Origin: Leidyana gryllorum EB-2025a
Lineage: Eukaryota > Protista > Apicomplexa
NCBI GenBank assembly: GCA_048772705.1
Contig: JBLWGC010000043.1
Coordinates: forward strand, 186,001 to 250,000
Direction: 5' to 3'
Length of the DNA: 64,000 bases
Below are positions 32,392-45,924 of the stretch, in pieces (within the stretch, counting starts at the first letter, position 1; the number at the start of each line of letters is the position of its first letter). The position numbers and the translations under genes were made by a program. Under the pieces are notes generated by a model. That model made no database searches. It was given only the letters and a program-made list of their open reading frames with translations, and was not told the origin of the DNA.

Positions 32392-35300
32392 CTCTAGTAG
32401 ATCATCCAATAAATCCATTCTGTTTCGCGCTGGAGAGGCGGCGGCGGCAATCGACTGTTGGACACCAGGTTTCGAAGAAGACGCGTCACCCATGAGGAGA
32501 ACATCATCTGAGATTCCAGCAGGATTGCTATCGGGCTCATCCGGGGCACCCGGCAAGAGATCGGCTCGCGATGGCCAGTGGACTTTCTCGTATATCGTAT
32601 TACCTGCCAGAGATTAGTCATTGTGGTAGTGATCCTACCTATCGGTCTCGTGTTGTCGTTCTTCATTGGCGGGCAGAAGCGGCCCCGTAAAACTTCACGG
32701 CCGCCACATTCAAAAACTTCAGGACTCAGCAGAGCCTTTCGTTCCCAGAGCAGTTGTTCGAAAACAGCGTTGAAACATCGGGATTCCATACTCTCGAGAA
32801 GACTGTATGCTCGTTGTCGCTGTGTCGGAAAGCGACCAGCGATGCGCCCCAGAGCTGTCAGAATGATGTCAGGTAACCGGGAGCTCTTGAGGCTTTCTTG
32901 AACCGCTTTGGGTAACAGCGCTTGCTCCAGACCTTTCACCGGGTGCAGAGCGGATCGAAGTGGAGCACTTTTGACGCATTCTCCCTTGACAGGTCCAAGT
33001 ACACCACTGAGGTTCTCATTCTGGGCCCCCTCCAGAGGAGAAATCTCGCAACCTTCTCGAACTGAGGTGTATCCCAGACTGTACACATTGATCACCCTCT
33101 CAATCAACTCCAGTGCCATAGCTGGAGACAGATTTTCGGTCCCAAAATCAATGTCTTCATCATCTGTCCGCTGGAGCGAAACGTTTTAAAAAGATCAGTT
33201 CAAATGACTTGGCTTACTTTCTTGGACGGGCCATTCAGATCACTGAGTACAAATCCCGCAGCCACGTCGTCGGCTGTGGGGCTGTGCCCTCCTGTGGACT
33301 CTGAGTCCAAATCCAGTAGGTCCCGGGGACCGTCTTCGGTCGTAGACTCAGTCTTGGCGAGGACTGGGAGGCCAGCGAGCTTTTCGACCGTTGCAGCCTC
33401 AGTGACTCCTATCAGATCTCCGAAAGCCCACACTGCAATCTCCACCACGGCCAGTTGATAAATGTTATCCTTCAAGGCAGCGGCAAGTTTCTGCAGTGCC
33501 ACTTGATGGAGCTCTGGCGTAGCCAACAGAGTGTTCATCATGCTCTGCTTTGTCTTAACACTGATGCAGTTGCCCGCCAAACAGCACAGTCGGATGAGTG
33601 AGTCGAGTTGCCACGATCTCGAAGGCGCATATCTTTCAGTAGCTTGCTCGATCTGTGAAACGAGATGAATCTCAAGGAGACCACTTCCAGGCTCACCATG
33701 TCAATTACTGTGTTCATGAGCGCTTTTCGAGCCTCTTCCTCTGCTTTGGTGCCCAATGTACTCGCAGGCGTGTCAGAAACGACGACATGGGTACCATCGG
33801 CAAACGCAATATCCTTTCCAGCGGGAGCTGGAGTCGTCTCATCAGTGGGCATCGGGTCCGCGATCACAAGTAAGAGATTGAGAAACTCCGTTATCATTTC
33901 GACCGCGTTCGATTCGTCAATCAGACCATAGGCCAGATGAACGGCTTTCTTTTGGAGACTGACATCGGTCTGTCGCATTGATGTCAAGACGGTAGTGCGA
34001 TACTGCTGTAGTATGTCCGGCTGAGAGGTTGCGAACTTGGCCAATAACGAGATGGCCAAGTATCTTAGAGTACTGTCCCGCCTTTCCATGAAAGTATCGA
34101 ACCAGGCCAACGCTCGATTCTGTAACGACTCAAAGGGGGTGGGTGTGGCATGGCCACTTCCTGCACAAACGTGATGATGATGATGACTTAGACACAGATA
34201 ATGGCTCACTGCTTTGTTTGCCAGTGGGAAGGGTCAGAGCACCAGCGCTGGCGCTTCGCCCCAGATGCGCCAAAGTCAGTGCAAGCTTACATCCTTCGTA
34301 CTCCACACTTTGACTCCACGGGTTCCGTGTGGCTCCTTCCTGGGCCACGAAGAGGTAATCGAAGATACCCAAAACCTCCGACACTGTGCCTCCGCTCAAC
34401 ATGAGGGTGGGCGCTCTCTTCGCACAGACAATGAAGAGAAAGCTCAACAGCTCTCTTACCTCCAACAAGAGTCTCAGCAGTCCTAGAATATGGATCTGCA
34501 GGAAAGGGTCACACACCCCCTCAAAATCATATTCGTTCGCCAGGGCTGCCTTAATTCCGGACCCCAAACGGGGCGAGGAGCCTCCGATCCCGTATGCTGA
34601 CGACTCTCGCGTACCAGAAGGTGAAGCCGACATTTGAGAATTGGCTATTCTGTGGCCGGGCAGAGAAGTAGACGCCGCCACCAACTCTTTGAGACGCCGA
34701 GTCCAGACGGGTACTCGACTGACTGCTCGCTGCAGTGCCTCGTCCGATCCGGCTTCCACAAGGCTCGTTTCCAGAGCCAAGCTCGCCAACACCACTCCGT
34801 GGACTCGGCTGTCTTCGAAATGAGAGGTTTCGAAGAGTTTGCTCGTATCAGGTTGGTGTCGAGCCATCCTAAAGCCAAATACATTACCATCGAATGTCTT
34901 ACTTGGCACAGAGCATCAGAGCGCGCTTAGAAACTCTACTGTTGCTGCTTTGCGAGTTGTCAACAATCTCTTTCCACAGCGTGGCCAACATCTCCGGGCT
35001 TGCCACATTGCCCAGAGCCCCGAGAGCGGCGCTAACGATGTACTGATTCTGGTGGAGGATTACAGACGGCGTTCGAAATACTTACATTGCTTGCCAAGTC
35101 GTTCTTGATAGTGTTTGTCGCCAGCATGAGTATGTCTGTCTCTGGATCCAAAAGAATGGGAAGGGCTATATACCCGATCCGCTTCTCCAGGAAGTGACTT
35201 GAGGCGATTAGTTTGAGACATTCCAATTGGGCAAATTGAACCGGATAGCTGTCATGATGAGGATATGTGATATAAACAGAGGAGAGGCTAACCCAAGCAT

Positions 35301-35465
35301 AGAGATGAAGATCAATTTGGCGATATTGCGATGCCTATATGGTGAGTTTTCATCCTTGAAGCCATTTCTGATTGCCGCAGACTCTTTCGCTACCAATGCA
35401 CTCTCTTCTGCCTCGTTCTTGCATCGCCGCACAGCCGAAATGAAATCTCGGAGCTTCTGAGACAT
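32386..35465 (-). CDS. AP1G1: AP-1 complex gamma adaptin (trunk plus short hinge; multi-exon)
   Basis: MSQKLRDFISAVRRCKNEAEESALVAKESAAIR, RHRNIAKLIFISMLG, ECLKLIASSHFLEKRIGY, EYDFEGVCDPFLQIHILGLLRLL, LRYLAI, DVSLQKKA. The last exon ends MDLLDDLLEL*. Confidence 0.9.
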
Positions 35466-35487
35466 GGGAACCAATTTTTTCCACGAG

Positions 35488-36825
35488 ATGAGCCTCCATC
35501 ATGACTATCTTGAAGCATGTTTCGAGTTGACTAGACAAACTATACTTGGGAAGCAAGATGATAAATACTGGATGCGTATTAAAGAGATGGGATTGTCTTC
35601 CAATCTGGTGCTGGACGCGCGGGCTCAGTCACTCTCGATGCTGGCGTGGATTGTTCAAGCAATGGCGCTCGCTAAAATGCCGTTGACATCTCGTCACCGA
35701 GCCGCAGTCGTCAGCTGCCTGGAAGCCTGCAACAACTGTCTTCCCAGTCCTGCTGTATTCCGACCGCACCCTACTGAGCCGCCAGATATGTTAGCAATGC
35801 TGGCAGCTGCGATCCTGATGAACGCGCACCCGGACATTCTGCACGCTTACAGTCGACTTGTCTACGAGCACGATAGTAGTGAACTGTTATCGAAAATGCA
35901 AGAGCACGTCAAGTCATCAATGCTTCCCCCAGCTGATTTGGATGGTTACTATGTCGTGCGAGAGGAAATCGACTTTTCGGGTCTGCGGAGAGAGAGCTTT
36001 TCCGCATGCCTCCAGCATTCTGCGTGGAAAGCCGACCTGAAAACCACCGAGGATGTTCAAAGGGTTTCGACAGCTCCTCAATCCACCGCGGCTTGCCATC
36101 GCTGCGTGACAAAGAATGCCGCTGGTGGACTTGAAGACTGCACCTATGATTTCATGTCCGAGGCAATAGATTTACGTATTATATATGCTGCCCTCGCCAC
36201 TTTGTTTCTCACAGACTATCCGCGGTCCCCGGCGTCACACGACCTGTGTCGGTTGGGGGAGTGGAGATACAAGGAATGGTGGAGACGACATTTCAGTCCC
36301 GACGACAGAAAGGCTATTTTGCGCACGGTTAGTGCATGTTGGAGTCCCTATCAAGGAGGATTTGGGATGGAGCCAGAATCTGAAGCCCATACGGGTTATA
36401 CATTTTGCGGAGTCGCCATAATCGGAGTGATGGAGGGTTGGAAAGAGGCCTCCGTCCAAGTGACCGGCCCAGGCCCTAGTTTGGAAAGCTGGTTGAGTAA
36501 TCGCTTTCTACCAGATGGTGGATGTAATGGAAGATCTGGTAAACGGGCTGACGTGTGCTACTCGTTTTGGGCACTGGCTAGCTGGGTTATAGCAGGACTC
36601 CCTGTGGAGCATCAGCGATTACTGCTGGTGGCCATGAAGTATAAAATTGCAGAAGAGTGCGTCAACCAAAGTGTGGGTGGGATCAGCAAAACGGCCGAAG
36701 CGCCACCTGACCCCTTCCATACCTACTTTGGTTTGGCAGCGATGGAGCTCCTTCACAACATCAGCGAACCAGAAGTGGACAGATTTGAGCCGTATTTCGG
36801 TGCATATCTCCCTCAAACAATGTAG
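35488..36825 (+). CDS. Protein prenyltransferase (geranylgeranyltransferase-type) beta subunit
   Basis: GGFGMEPESEAHTGYTFCGVA, GCNGRSGKRADVCYSFW, GGISK..PDPFHTYFGLA. The start is ATG 35488 or 35464. Confidence 0.88.
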   Translation: MSLHHDYLEACFELTRQTILGKQDDKYWMRIKEMGLSSNLVLDARAQSLSMLAWIVQAMALAKMPLTSRHRAAVVSCLEACNNCLPSPAVFRPHPTEPPDMLAMLAAAILMNAHPDILHAYSRLVYEHDSSELLSKMQEHVKSSMLPPADLDGYYVVREEIDFSGLRRESFSACLQHSAWKADLKTTEDVQRVSTAPQSTAACHRCVTKNAAGGLEDCTYDFMSEAIDLRIIYAALATLFLTDYPRSPASHDLCRLGEWRYKEWWRRHFSPDDRKAILRTVSACWSPYQGGFGMEPESEAHTGYTFCGVAIIGVMEGWKEASVQVTGPGPSLESWLSNRFLPDGGCNGRSGKRADVCYSFWALASWVIAGLPVEHQRLLLVAMKYKIAEECVNQSVGGISKTAEAPPDPFHTYFGLAAMELLHNISEPEVDRFEPYFGAYLPQTM

Positions 36826-37814
36826 CGTTCATCAGGTGTCCACCAAGGTAGCAGAGTGCCCACAAACATGCCCAACGATTGATATACAACTCGAACCCAA
36901 CGCCTATCATTTGGCCGAGGGGGAGTTTCATCAACGGCTCCCGACGGACTCAGTGTTGCAGCTCCTGAATTCGCCGCCGCCCCATTCACCTCGGGTTGCG
37001 GCAGCCGTCGGGGGGGAACATGATTAGCATGGTCAGCAGGACGAGCTTGAGCCTGGGGAGCGTTTGCTCTTCGAGGATTGTCTGGTCGGAAGAACCTCAA
37101 TAGGGGCTCGAATACCCCCTGTATGTATAAAGCAAACGCTATTGCAAGCACAGATATTAGAGTCATATCCAAATCGAATATGAGGATGAAGAAGAGTAGC
37201 TTGATGAAGAAAGGCGCATGGAAGCGCTCCGCGAGATCCTCAGTTACCTAATTGAGCAGAAAGTGTAGACACCCACAACGGTGCCTCTATCCGACACTTA
37301 CCTCACTCTCGCCATCGTAGACAGACACACGAGTTCGAACGACATCAGCAAAGTGGACCGCACGGGGCTCGTTTGGTACTTTCCGTCCAGCTGACACTGG
37401 TCGTTTCACTCGTGTCGCGGCGCCTGAGATCAACGAGTTTGATATCGGCACAGGACGAGATCTGTTTGGCCTCAAGTCCTGCGTTTGCACCAGCAGTGGT
37501 TTTGAAGCATTGTTTGTACATATTATCAATGGATTGGTGCTGGTGTGATGGTATTTCAGAGCTCGTGGACTGCTCCCTAACCCTCGCACCGCCACTCGAG
37601 GCACTCTTGATTCAGTGCAGCCGAAACTTGTAGCAGCATTAAGGTAGTTTTGTACGTCTCGCCTGGGGGGAACCGAGGCTGGCCCGGACGGTAATCGCCC
37701 AGCTTCTGCCCAGACCCGGACTACCTTCAGCAGCCTTTCGTGTTGGCGTTGTTGCTCTCTTATAACGAGTCGCAACAACTCCACATCCGAAGACGAGGGG
37801 AAATTGGGTGTCAT
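36813..37814 (-). CDS. Hypothetical membrane protein (HERP-like C-terminus)
   Basis: Two ORF segments joined by an apparent intron at ~37250-37300. TM helices and C-terminal MFVGTLLPWW. Confidence 0.5.
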
Positions 37815-37983
37815 CTAGGTTAGAAAAATATAGGTATTGCTCAAAGTATTGCGTAGGTGAGCTGAGCTACTAAGAAATTAAAGAAGGCGACCTATCCCTC
37901 GCTTTTGTGGATAGGGGTGGAGCGCTATGGGGCTGGCCGAGAAGCCGCGACACGGGGTGAAAAAGCGATGCTAGTCTTCTTCT

Positions 37984-40900
37984 TCAATGAGGTCTAAGGC
38001 CAAACCGGCTCTGGGGGGTGGCTGGATGGAAGCTGACGATTGGGATCCTCCCATGAAGGAGTTCATACTTTTCCGACGCAGACTGAATCTGGTCTCCGAC
38101 TAAAGCAGCAGAGTGTAGAGAGGACAGGTAGCACACTCTATGGAGCTTACAGGAGCGTGGGCAAATCCAAGATGTCGTTGTCGTTGGTGGGTACGGGGCA
38201 CAACTACAGCCAGCTCCCCTCTCCGCCTTGGAGCCACCACCACGTCAAAGACTCCCTTCTTGATCCTTTCCCGGATGACGGTGTCTGGGGTGGGGCGGAA
38301 GAGCACCTGTTTGCACGTTGTCGTCACACTTCAAGAAATCTCTGAGAGGCTTACGGTGTATCGCCACCAAATGAATAGAATACTCATTGAGGCCGTCAGT
38401 GCTGCCATCATCAGCAGGTTATAATTGGCATTCTGGTGTAATATGCTCATGGAGCCTTCCAGTGGGCTCCAACTCATTGCACTCAATATGGCCCACAACA
38501 AATAGCATGATCCAATGCAAATGAGGAAACCGAGCGGGGTGAACCAGAAGATGGTGTGAGTGAAGGGAATGCTCGGAATGGTTGCGCACTGCGATTGGAT
38601 ATTATGTGTGTGTTTGCCTGAGAATGGGTGGATTCTCACCATAACTACTAGAGTGAATATGGTTTGGCCAAAGCTATTCCAATCGAAAGCCGTGCGTCCA
38701 GATTTGTCGTCCGTCGCCCCAACGCTCAACGTCGCCCAACTGAAAAGTGTCAAAATTGCTGCAACGATGATGCCGTAGAGGAACCAAGCAGTGAACCAGC
38801 GTGTGCCAAAGTATCGGGTGCCATCGGGACGCATCGCCATCGGATATAGACTTGCACATTGATACAAGATGCCATATGGCAAAGCTCGATCGAACACGGC
38901 AACTGCACAGATCGGCCACGGCGTCAGCAGCAAGTTGTAAGTCTGCTTCTGATAGGAGTCGAAGTTGTCAGCAGCAGAGAATCCCTGAAGTGGAAGTGAA
39001 AAGAGATGTCATTCGATAACACTGTCCAGAAACGTACTGAGAAGAGGCCAGCGAACCAACATGTCATTGCGAATATAATATTCTTGTAAAGTGTTTGGTA
39101 CATCATGATTGAATGTCGTCGGGTGATGTCGTGTCCGTGAGCGAAAAGAAGATTTCGTAGTATCTTGAACTCTCCAATTGCGATGTCAGCAGATCTAGCC
39201 GCTTGTGAACCTTCTTTTCCCAGAATGCCAATTCCGACGTTCGCGGTAAGGATCATCCCGACATCGTTCGCTCCATCTCCGATTCCGAGGGAGGTGAAAG
39301 AAGGCGCTGGAGTGCAACGGGCGCTCTGTCGCACAACTTCGGCTTTCTGCTTCGGGGTGACGCGACATGCAATAACCTGCAGATGGCCGAGCAATATCAA
39401 GATCTTCAAAAAATCCGATCCTTACCGTGGAACAGAGATGAGCCAATCCGAAAAAGTATCTCTTGGCTTCGTCAGTGCTCAATGCATGTTGCAGAGCGTC
39501 TCCTGTTACGGTAATTGCGACGTTGGTATAGTGTTCGACCCGTTCTGCATCACCGCTCCCATCGCCGTTCTTTTGTCGAGGGGATTGGCCTTGGGACACC
39601 ACCTGATTGATAGTCTCGATATTCTCCTCTCTCTTGCTCGGTGAGGTATTGCTGTTCAACGCTTGACCCCTTTTGGCGCTCGACTGCATCAATTTGACTG
39701 GATTCAGTTTGCTGGCAGCCGATCGTTTCTCCTCCTGATCGCCGAACTGCTGAATATATACATTGATCAGTTGTTCAATTTCTTGAGCGCTTAATTGTTT
39801 CGGCTGGTTGCGACCGTCGACCGGCGCAACTACCTTTGTGTGATGTGCATTCTGTTTGACCACGGAGACAAAGTCATTGAGATTCATAGTAGCGGTGTTA
39901 CTCGTACTACCCAATCGGCGTCGCGACCGTCCCTGCCCGGAGGCGCCTGGGCAACATGCTTTGACATTTGTCAGACACCCTCGGCAGCAGCCCGATCGCG
40001 GGGGGGCATCGTCTTCGGACGAGTCTGTGTGCGTACGCTGCATGGGACCCATGCCGTTCTCGAGCACAGTGACTGTGGCCGAGTTGGCCGAGGTACCCAT
40101 CAATTTCGCGGAGGATTGCATTTGAGCTTGCTGCAGTATAATCTGTTCAAATGATTCCTTCGCTAATTGCGCTCCCACAACGAAGGCCATGTACTCGTAC
40201 ATCTGCTTTTGGACCTCTTGCAACGTGCTGCCGTCGATGATTGCATTGTAAGTGGTATCGGTGAGAAGGTTGCAGCTGTGACCAATGCTTATCGCCGTCT
40301 CCACTTTGTCCCCGGTCAACACCCAAACGCGGATGCCCGCGTCTTTCAGGGCCTCAATTGTCTGGGGGACTTGATCTTGTAGCTTGTCATCAATACCAGT
40401 ACAGCCCACCAAGATCAACTCACATTCTATAGTAGAGTAGATTTCACCATACTTCTCCACATCATCGACACCACTCCCCCGTAAGACATCCAATTTCAAA
40501 CGGAATCGCTCGAATTCAGTCGAAGTCAGATGACGGACTCCGAGCACTAAAGTTCGCAACCCTTCCCGGGCAAAATCAGCCAGACAGTCTTCGCACTCTT
40601 TCCTCTCGGCCTCTTGGCCTCCCGCCAGTACTGGTAGCATACTGGAGTCGGCACCCTTACACAGTAGTTTGATGACACCATCCCGGTCTCTGATGATTAC
40701 GGACATCCTCTTCCGGAAGTTGTCAAAGTCCAACACCTCCAGTATCTCATATCTTAAGCACGCTAGCAGCTCCCCATTAGAGGACGATGGCACGCTCTCG
40801 CTTAGTTCACGCCGTTTCGATCTGATCCACGCGAGCTCAGACGGATTCAAGTACAGCTGCTCTGTTTGACGATCCAATATGGCTACCTCGAGCGAGTTCA

Positions 40901-43900
40901 GATCGGGCCGACGGAGAAACTCAACCCCCATGTGCTTTGCACCTGCCACCAGAGCCAGCTCGTCCGGTGAGCTTGCGTCGAACTGGGCGTCAGGAGTACG
41001 TTTCCACCGCACAACTCCCATCTTCACTTTCGCAGCCGGATCCGGAGCGGCAGCGGCATGCCACTCTTCGTATTGAATCACTCGGGATGGCTCCTCCACC
41101 GGCCATAGAGTGTCTCTCTGTAAGAACTCTGGGTGCGGATGCAGACGTCGAGGCCTCTGACTGGATGACTGGCCGCCCCCCACTGCAAGTGGTGGAGATG
41201 TACTCGGCACTCCCAGCCGTGCCTGGCGAAGCCTTAGCGGAGTCTGATGCATGGGAGGTGGAGGCGGCAGATGTAGCGAGGCTTTGGGTAGGTGCTGGTC
41301 GTATCGAGGGGCTTCACCATACGAGTCGTTGAGAGAAGGGCGGTTGGGCATTTTCAACCAGTACTGACCGTCTTCAGGCTCGTGTTTCGTCGGGGGCGGG
41401 GGATCTGCATACTTATGAGTCTCGTTCGATCGTAAGGTTAGCTGTGTCGAGTCCAGTGTCCCATGTCTCTGAGACCCCAGTCCTGAGCCACCGGTGGTGA
41501 CTGGTCGTTCTGCAATTGACACGGGATTGGAAGGGTAGGAGACAGGATATTGGGCCGCTGCGGTAAGGGGGGACGAAGAGGGAGCTGGTGAAGAATATTC
41601 GGGTTCCAAGCAAGCTTCATCTTTCAGGGTGACCCCGGACTCCGAAGCGTTGAGACGAGCCGACAGCAGTAAGTTTGTAGTGATTTCCCGAGCCCTCGTG
41701 TCGGCACTCATGCTCGACGTCGAAGGCATTCGTGGCATCGATGTGTTGTGATCCATCGATGACTGCATTTCGGCGGCATGGAACTGCCCTTCGTGCAAGG
41801 TATGAGCGGGTGGTTGGGATGTAGTAGAATCTTTGGGTACCATTTGTAGCGGTGGGGTTTCGTTGTATACTTCTTTCCTCCACGAATCACTCCTCACTGC
41901 CCGAGTTTCAGACGTCCGCGGGGGCTCTGCCTTGGGAGTAATTATAGTGGAGTCCCAGGGGCTGTCCTCTGCACCAGTCGGAGTGGTTGCTGCCACCAGA
42001 CCTTCTAGTCTGGTGCGCGGGTCGAAGCGTTGCTCTTTGGCGCCTGTGGTAGCGTCCCTTCCCAAGAGAGATGCTCGGGATGAGAACAGTCTACCCGGTG
42101 AAGATCTCACACTGCTGCACAGCTCAACGGAAGACGTTGGCGAGCCCGGCTCCCAGACCTTCTCCACCTTCACACTCGACTTGGGCAGCACTGAATGGCA
42201 CACGGACAGCACCAGGAGGAAGTCTTTGGCTTTTTGTCGCAAGACAGAGTCTTCACTTTCAGCCAATAGGTGCTCTTTGACCTTCTTTGCATCAAAGTCC
42301 ACATACCGATTACCCTCAGCTTGCGGGTCATCTGAGTCAACATCCGTCTCCGCGTCTTCTGCCACGGGTTTCAGTGGAGGTCGGGGTGGCCCACGAGGTT
42401 TATCTTCCACGGGATCATCGAATCCGAAGACTCGGTTGCCGACCGCGAAAGACCTTATGTGGTGGGCAATTGAGAGAGACGAGAGGATCCGTTCTTACTT
42501 TAGCTGCATGATGTTCTGTGTTAATGTTCCAGTTTTGTCCGAGAAGACATGGGTTATAACTCCCAAGTCCTCCATGATGCTCAGAGTCGATACATTCGGG
42601 AAGGTGTTGGTCACTTTACTATACGAATGGCGATCTGCCCCAATATAGAATCCGTGGAACCAACGGCAGACTTCGATTTGCACCAAGAGAGTGATGGGAA
42701 TGAAGTAGGACATCAAGAGTACCCATCTGCCAAACGACTGGAAGAGACATGTTGGTACGAAGGCACATACGACTCTGAGAGCTTACCACCGCGAATGCGA
42801 TCAGGAAGCCTTGAGCTCCTCCCTTGAGTTCTGAGGTATCCTCCGGTTGTAGGTACCACGCATATTGCTGGTTGTTCCGAACATCAATGGCATAGAGTAA
42901 ACCAGCGAGAATGCAGAAGAAGAGCTGCAGGATTGGGGGATAGCTATCGAGAGAAAGCTCTCACCTGCAGGACGAAGAGAGAGAAGGCATTGTAATTGTA
43001 CGACTTCATGAGGCCCGAATACTTGACTACTCGCGATCTTGTGTTTTGACATATCCTGCTGTAGTGACCCGGGTAAACCACCATTCCCGTGATCCAGGCT
43101 GTATTGGTAAGCTGAGCACCACGCCAGAGGAACTGTCCGAGACTGGCCATGTACTGTTCCTCGACTCCCTCTACGACTCCTCCCGGTGTCAATGATCTGG
43201 GGCGGATGATCGCGGTTGATCCCGCGGTATCTGGAGGAGGGGCAGTCTGAACCCCGGGGTTCACAGCTCCAGGAGATCCAAAGATAGAAGGTTTTCGGCT
43301 CAGACTTGACCTCAATGTCTCATTGACGCGAGTAAAGTCGTAATTAGGTGGATAGATCTTGAGGCCTCCATTGTAATTATACAACTTGGCACTGGGCGGC
43401 CCCTGTGTAATCTGCACTATATGCACAGAGATGGACAAGTATGAGGGAACGGAGGTAATACATACGCGTATGGGAAGCTAAGGCCTTTTCGTCGGCTACG
43501 AAGCGCGAGTGCAACTCAGGTATTGCGGTTTTGGTCTTCATATTGGTCTCGCCATCAAGTTGCACCGTTTCAACATAGCAGCAGCCAATGTCGTCCGAAC
43601 AGGTGAGCATGACCAGGTCAGCAGGAAATATCTCGTCAACTTGGACTTTGACAATGTCACCAGCTTTTAATGCGGCCCAAGTAGTGGTGGTCCATTCTCC
43701 TGAGTCATTTAGCAGCTGTGTCTTCCTATTGTTCTCTTCTCTATCGCTTTGGTGGCGTTTGATGTCCTCCCATCCATCTTTAACCATAGTCACGACGAAA
43801 ACGAATGCCAAAGGCATCAAGTAGGTCGGCACCCCTCCACTGTCGGCTGCACTAGAATCATCGGGAACGACCGGAGGTACTCACATATCTCGGGGATCAG

Positions 43901-44173
43901 CTGGAGAATAGACATGACTAAGAAATAGAAGTTAGCGGGCACCAGAACTTGCTGCCATAGGTTGAGGAAAATGAAGTTCCACCACGTATATTGACTGGTA
44001 GTGACACTATTGGTCCACGCAGGAACATTCCACGTCTTGTTGCCTAGACTGGCCGGGATACGAGCATTCTTGTCTTGCCCAGGGCCACTGCGAATGACCA
44101 GAACATTCTCGGGGCCACTGGTTGCTGCACCTGTTTCGGCATCCGGAGATGCATCGCTGTTCCAGCAGCCCAT
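37984..44173 (-). CDS. P4-ATPase phospholipid flippase (multi-exon)
   Basis: NSVTTSQYTWWNF, ANFYFL, LDGETNMK, YFIPITLLVQIE, FSDKTGTLTQN, ASSPDELALV, FDNFRKRMSV, KGAD, EGLRTL, DKLQ, LTGDKVETA, CRVTPKQKA, IGDGANDV, GKEGSQA. The 3' end is approximate. Confidence 0.95.
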
Positions 44174-44206
44174 CACACTTTTTCACTCATCAAATTTGCT
44201 GGTTAG

Positions 44207-44580
44207 ATGCTCTATTTTGTAGCCATTGATGGGGAAGGAGAGTCAACCTACAGACTCTGCGATGAGCCCTCCTCCCTGTTCCCTCAACTGTGCTCTCTCA
44301 TGCAAGAAACAGCTCACAACGTCCAAGAATATGCAGCGGCTCCCTACACCCATGTGATTGCCATCGTCGACGAGAGCGGACGGCTAATGTCATGCACTCT
44401 GATACATCAGGCTCCCAGCAGCGCGTCCGCCCCGCGAACACCGTGCTGGCAAAGAGTCTGGACAATCTATAAACAGGACCTGGAGTCGCCTGTGATCGAT
44501 CAGAATGGTGAGTTGACAGATTGTTGTATTCACACAAGTTGATTCCCAGCTGGCGTTCTTATGCGAGAAGTTGCGAGATT
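44207..44580 (+). CDS. Small hypothetical protein
   Basis: ORF 44207-44542 lies divergent from the flippase, with a possible GTGAGT donor at ~44508. No family recognised. Confidence 0.4.
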
Positions 44581-44582
44581 AA

Positions 44583-45910
44583 CTATGACAAACTAGCATC
44601 GACTAGACTTTCACACCATATGGGCGTTCCACCTATGTGCAACGAATGCTGCTTGCCCTCGTTGTCCTACAGTATACACAGTATATGGTCACAGCAAACC
44701 GACAACGTACCAAGTAGTATCCTTTACATTTCGAGTCGCTTTTCAAGTGCGGCAGAATTGCAGGCAAAGCTTCCGCTCCCTTCTTGTTGCTCAGAATGGG
44801 CTCAAACTCTCCTTGGAAACCCTCGAATTGCACCAAATCCCCAATCTGAATGACGCCATCCAATTACACACAACAGAAACTCCCACACTTACCTTGGCGT
44901 TTTCGGGTGGATGCATCAGCTCGACTTGAGTGTGATCCGCGTTACTGGCGCACAACACCATGCCATGACTCATGAATCCTCTCAGCGCCCTCGGTTTCAA
45001 GTTGGCGAAAACAATTACCATAGCGTCTTGCATCTTATCCTTGGGGACAAACTTCCGCAGTCCAGAAGCGATCTCTCGGGGCTTCTCTTCTCCAATATCT
45101 ATTCTTTCACAATAGAGACTGCGGGTGAAGAAACGTTTGTGCCAGAGTGCCACTCTCTATGACTCACCCATCTGCCTCAGTGTGTTCCCAAACCTCAACG
45201 ATTTTACCAACCCGAAGCTCCATGCGAGTTGGATCATCCAGAGGGCGGACTGGACCAGCCTCAGGCTTCTGGGCTCCCTTCTTGTCTTTCTTCTTGCCGG
45301 AATCGACATCTTTGGCTGCCGTCTCGCCCTTCTTTTTCTTCTCTTCCTCCTCGGCTTTCGCAGCAACCAAGACACTGCGTAGATTCCTCGAAGTTGGGAA
45401 GTTCTCGGGACCCAGCAATTCGCGCATGTGATCGTGCCAACGGACCAAAGGCGTCAATGTCTGTAGCTGGTCGGCTTTAGCGGTCGCCAAGGTGCTGAGA
45501 AGAGAAGCCCAGCAGACCACATCGGCCAAGGTCATGTGACTCTTGCCCAAAAGGAAGGTCCGGGACAACAATGTGGCAGACAACTTCACCGCCACCTCTG
45601 CTGGCAGCTTGAACGCATTTGTCTCGCACAAAGCAATGTACTCTTCGTTGCCCTCGGCGTCCTCATCGTACATCACTTTCTCGAGACCTCCAGTTTTACA
45701 TAGAGCTCGCAGGATACCCCGCAAGCTTTCGTCTCCAGAAGGTGCCGGTTGGAGAAATGGGGGATGCGCTGATGGATTCAACGCAGCTAACACATCCTGG
45801 TCGAGTTCCGTGAGTTTGACTGCTCCCTTCCGTACAGCTCCCGTTGCAAAGGCTGCAGCACGTACTGCCCAGCTAGCAGGGTCTTCTTTGCTCAACACCA
45901 AGCTGACCAT
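44583..45910 (-). CDS. tRIP/Arc1p/AIMP1-like tRNA-binding protein (GST-like N-terminus plus EMAPII-like OB fold)
   Basis: TFLLGKSHMTLADV..LVRWHDHM (GST-C-like), a Lys-rich linker, and ELRVGKIVEVWEH..LYCERIDIGEEKPREIASGL..FANLKPRALRGFMSHGMVLCAS. Confidence 0.88.
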
Positions 45911-45924
45911 CGCTTTTTTTTAGG

